Origin: Chlamydiia bacterium
GTDB lineage: Bacteria > Chlamydiota > Chlamydiia > Chlamydiales > RGXB01
Direction: 5' to 3'
Assembly: GCA_040382515.1 (NCBI GenBank)
Contig: JBEIFH010000031.1
Location: forward strand, 1-11,199
DNA: 11,199 nucleotides
Shown in pieces: positions 8,527 to 11,199 of the stretch. The notes below the pieces were generated by a model, which saw only the letters and a program-made list of their open reading frames with translations, did not search any database and was not told the origin of the DNA. Every line of letters starts with the position of its first letter. The stretch's first letter is position 1. The translations under genes and the position numbers were made by a program.

Positions 8527-10656
8527 TTAACCCAATTGGATACGCCCGAGTGGCTGGATCCGAATTTCAGGGATAATTTCGTGGGTCGATAAAACGGCAA
8601 GGTCGGGGAATTCTCCCTCAATCAGCTTACGAACGAAACGACGGATATCCATGGAAGTTAAAATCACAGGTTGTTGACCTCCGGGCGGAGGGGGAACATA
8701 GGTGGATCGTATTGACTGTAGTATGAGCTGGGCCGAATCGGGGTCAAGGGTCAAATAGGTACCCCCGGAGGTCTGCTTGATTGCTCCGCGTACGATTTCC
8801 TCGATTTCGGGGTCTAACATATAAACGGCAAGGGTTGTTTGTCCTTGCGAATACTTGTAGCTGACGTATCTCTTTAGTGAAGAGCGGACATATTCGGTCA
8901 GCAGCACGGTATCTTTTTCCATTTGGGACCACTCGGATAGGGCCTCTAGAATGGTGCGCAAATCTTTGATCGAGATCTGTTCCTGGATCAAGCGTTTGAA
9001 AATTTCGGTAAGTTTTTGTAGAGGGACAAGTCGGGTAACCTCTTTTGCAAGGTCGGGAAACGATTTCTCGATAAATTCGAGAATAGAGCGCACCTCTTGG
9101 ATACCCAGAAATTCCGAAGCATTCTTTTTGTAGAAATAGGAGAGGTGTAAGATCATCACATCAAGAGCATCCCAGTACTTGATCCCCGCCTTTTTAAGAA
9201 TTTCTATGTACCGGTTTTCAACCCAGTAGGAGTTCTGATTGAGAATACTTTTAAAAGTTGTGTAGGGGATATTGTACCGTTTAAGATTCTCGGCCGACTC
9301 ATTTGTAAGGACTTTTCCGTCAATCAGCATCCCTTTTTCCATCGGTACCTCATTGAGGTATATCATGTACTCGTCGTCTTGCAAGCCGGGTGCATTTGTG
9401 CGGACGTGTACGCCGGGAAAGCGGACCCCCAGGTCTGCGTAGAGGGCTGCACGCATCTTTGGTACCATAAGCTCCACAAATTCGGCACCTTTTCGCTCTT
9501 TCATGAGCTGCGAGCCGTACTTGCCTACCTCTAGTATGACAGGAAGGGTAAGAGCAAACTGGGTCGCACCCCCCTTGACAAGGGCATGGTCTTCTCCCCC
9601 CTCAATAGCCATACTTGAACCGTCAGCAGAGCGGACAACTCCCATCGCACGCCGCTCGTCGAGCATTTTTTTCACCCCTGTACCCCCTATTAGAATAGAG
9701 AGGGGCAAGAACACGAACCATGGAAACACAGGAATCAATGATAAAAGGAAAAGAACTCCCGAGCTTATAAATAGGGCCTTGGGGTGCGAGAGGATTTGTG
9801 TTGAAATATCACTACCAAGATTCGCATCTGCTTTATCGGAGGAGACTCTGGTGGTAATGATACCGGCGGTCAAGGAGACCAGAAGGGAGGGTACTTGGGA
9901 TACAAGGCCACCGCCGATCGACAAGAGAGAGTAAACTTTTGCCGCCTGCATAGCAGACATCCCATGGATTGCAACTCCGATGATCAATCCGCCCACAATG
10001 TTGATCACTGCAATGACGATACCAGCTATGACGTCCCCTTTGACGAACTTCATCGCTCCGTCCATCGCACCATAGAGTTGGCTTTCTTTGGCCAAAGCAA
10101 GACGCAGTTCTCGAGCTTGATTCGCATCGATCATCCCGCTTCTCATGTCGGCATCGATACTCATCTGTTTACCGGGCATCGCATCCAAGGTGAAGCGCGC
10201 TGCAACTTCGGCTACCCGCTCGGCACCTTTTGTCACAACTATAAATTGAACGATTGTAATGATCAAAAAGATGACGCCCCCGACAACAAAGTTGCCCCCG
10301 ACAACAAGATTTCCGAAACCAAAGATGATTTCACCCGCATTTGCATGGAGCAAAATCTGTCTTGTAGCGGATATTTCAATGCCCAATCTAAACAAAGTTG
10401 TGATCAATAGAATCGACGGGAAAGAGGAGATGTTTGTCGCCCTGGGGATGTACATCGAGACCATGAGAAGAGATAGGGAGACGGTGATGTTGATTGCGAT
10501 AAAAACATCCAAACCTTCCGGCGGAATGGGGATAATAATCATCATGAAAATAATCACGACGAATATCGCCAGGACCATATCGCTAGACTGGGATACAAAT
10601 CTAAGAACGGAGTTGCCTCCTAAAGAGGGAAGAAGTTTGGATAGATAATCTTTCAT
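8527..10656 (-). CDS. sctV: Type III secretion export gate protein SctV (CdsV/LcrD; FHIPEP family), 709 aa
   Basis: KGAERVAEVAARFTLDAMPGKQM and YGAMDGAMKFVKGD motifs, N-terminal TM domain, C-terminal cytoplasmic domain with LGIQEV, EQISIKDLRTILE and LTEYVR. LYGAMDGAMKF and GIQE are injectisome-type rather than FlhA-type. Start overlaps the sctU stop (ATGA, 10656-10653). Confidence 0.96.
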   Translation of the reverse strand: MKDYLSKLLPSLGGNSVLRFVSQSSDMVLAIFVVIIFMMIIIPIPPEGLDVFIAINITVSLSLLMVSMYIPRATNISSFPSILLITTLFRLGIEISATRQILLHANAGEIIFGFGNLVVGGNFVVGGVIFLIITIVQFIVVTKGAERVAEVAARFTLDAMPGKQMSIDADMRSGMIDANQARELRLALAKESQLYGAMDGAMKFVKGDVIAGIVIAVINIVGGLIIGVAIHGMSAMQAAKVYSLLSIGGGLVSQVPSLLVSLTAGIITTRVSSDKADANLGSDISTQILSHPKALFISSGVLFLLSLIPVFPWFVFLPLSILIGGTGVKKMLDERRAMGVVRSADGSSMAIEGGEDHALVKGGATQFALTLPVILEVGKYGSQLMKERKGAEFVELMVPKMRAALYADLGVRFPGVHVRTNAPGLQDDEYMIYLNEVPMEKGMLIDGKVLTNESAENLKRYNIPYTTFKSILNQNSYWVENRYIEILKKAGIKYWDALDVMILHLSYFYKKNASEFLGIQEVRSILEFIEKSFPDLAKEVTRLVPLQKLTEIFKRLIQEQISIKDLRTILEALSEWSQMEKDTVLLTEYVRSSLKRYVSYKYSQGQTTLAVYMLDPEIEEIVRGAIKQTSGGTYLTLDPDSAQLILQSIRSTYVPPPPGGQQPVILTSMDIRRFVRKLIEGEFPDLAVLSTHEIIPEIRIQPLGRIQLG

Positions 10657-11199
10657 TTAAACAGTTCGGTAATTTTTTCTTCTTGTGTTTTTTTCAAGCT
10701 ATTCACCCACTTCAAAATATCGGCAACTGCTTGGTAGGTATGTTCAGGAATAAACATTCCAATTTCACCTTTTGCCCACAGCTCCTGTGCTAATTCAATA
10801 TTTCTCATGATTGGGATTTCACATTCAACAGCAATTTTTATAATCTCTTCTGCAACGAGGTCAGCACCCATAGTTGCTATCACAGGAACATTTTTTTCTA
10901 CGGCATCGTATTCAATTGCAATAGCGAGGTGTGTTGGATTTGTGATGACAGTGCGTGCGCGGCGCGTAGCTTTGGGACCTTCCGAGTAGGCAATCTCCCT
11001 AGCAATCTGCCGACGACGCCCTTTAATATGGGGGTCGCCCTCAGTATCTTTATACTCTTGTTTTACCTCGTACTTTTCCATCCGCATCTCTTTGGCAAAG
11101 TTGTAGCGCTGGAAAATCAGATCGAACAGAGCGATTATTATAAAGAATACACCGACTCTAAGTACAACTTTTCCTAAAAAACTGGCAAAAACAAGAACC
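10653..11199 (-). CDS. sctU: Type III secretion substrate-switch autoprotease SctU (CdsU/YscU/FlhB family), 3' part; start is beyond the right edge
   Basis: Frame stays open upstream of the tracked start at 11087 to the window edge (VLVFASFLGKVVLRVGVFFIIIALFDLIFQRYNFAKEMRMEK...). Contains EVKQEYKDTEGDP and an intact NPTH autocleavage motif (10940-10929). Confidence 0.95.
   Translation of the reverse strand, partial: VLVFASFLGKVVLRVGVFFIIIALFDLIFQRYNFAKEMRMEKYEVKQEYKDTEGDPHIKGRRRQIAREIAYSEGPKATRRARTVITNPTHLAIAIEYDAVEKNVPVIATMGADLVAEEIIKIAVECEIPIMRNIELAQELWAKGEIGMFIPEHTYQAVADILKWVNSLKKTQEEKITELFK

Noticed and set aside
10653..11087. Stand-alone 144-aa FlhB/SctU cytoplasmic-domain protein
   Set aside because: The frame is open to the window edge and encodes the preceding TM helix, so this is a window-edge truncation.
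1354..11177. Short antisense or out-of-frame ORFs (e.g. 4556-4933, 9503-9934, 9895-10410, 10259-10648)
   Set aside because: They lie within or almost wholly within well-supported genes and have no recognisable motifs; typical shadow ORFs.
8527..11199. Flagellar flhB-flhA pair
   Set aside because: Motifs (YGAMDGAMKF, LGIQEV) and the N-terminus resemble injectisome CdsV/LcrD more than FlhA. A phylogeny would be decisive.

Overview
Housekeeping and type III secretion region, very probably from an environmental member of the Chlamydiota. The basis is gene order (lptG-lptF <> tilS-ftsH >< pnp, as I recall from chlamydial genomes), an FtsH with a very long periplasmic domain, and a CdsV-like SctV N-terminus. 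Left to right: 5' part of an M32 carboxypeptidase missing from the ORF track (-), short LptG-like and LptF-like permeases (-), tilS (+), ftsH (+), a bidirectional terminator, pnp (-), sctV (-) and the 3' part of sctU (-). I see no mobile element, CRISPR array or RNA gene, and no clearly new multi-gene system. The best leads are: (1) sctV joined directly to pnp, with neither copN-scc1 nor rpsO between them; (2) SctV has Gly at the normally conserved Asp249 and Glu at a normally Asn position (94); (3) TilS has an atypical PP-loop, SFGPDS; (4) a 39-bp divergent spacer with overlapping promoters that predicts leaderless mRNAs; (5) the M32 gene overlaps an apparently C-terminally shortened LptG. 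Family assignments come from motif recognition, not database searches.
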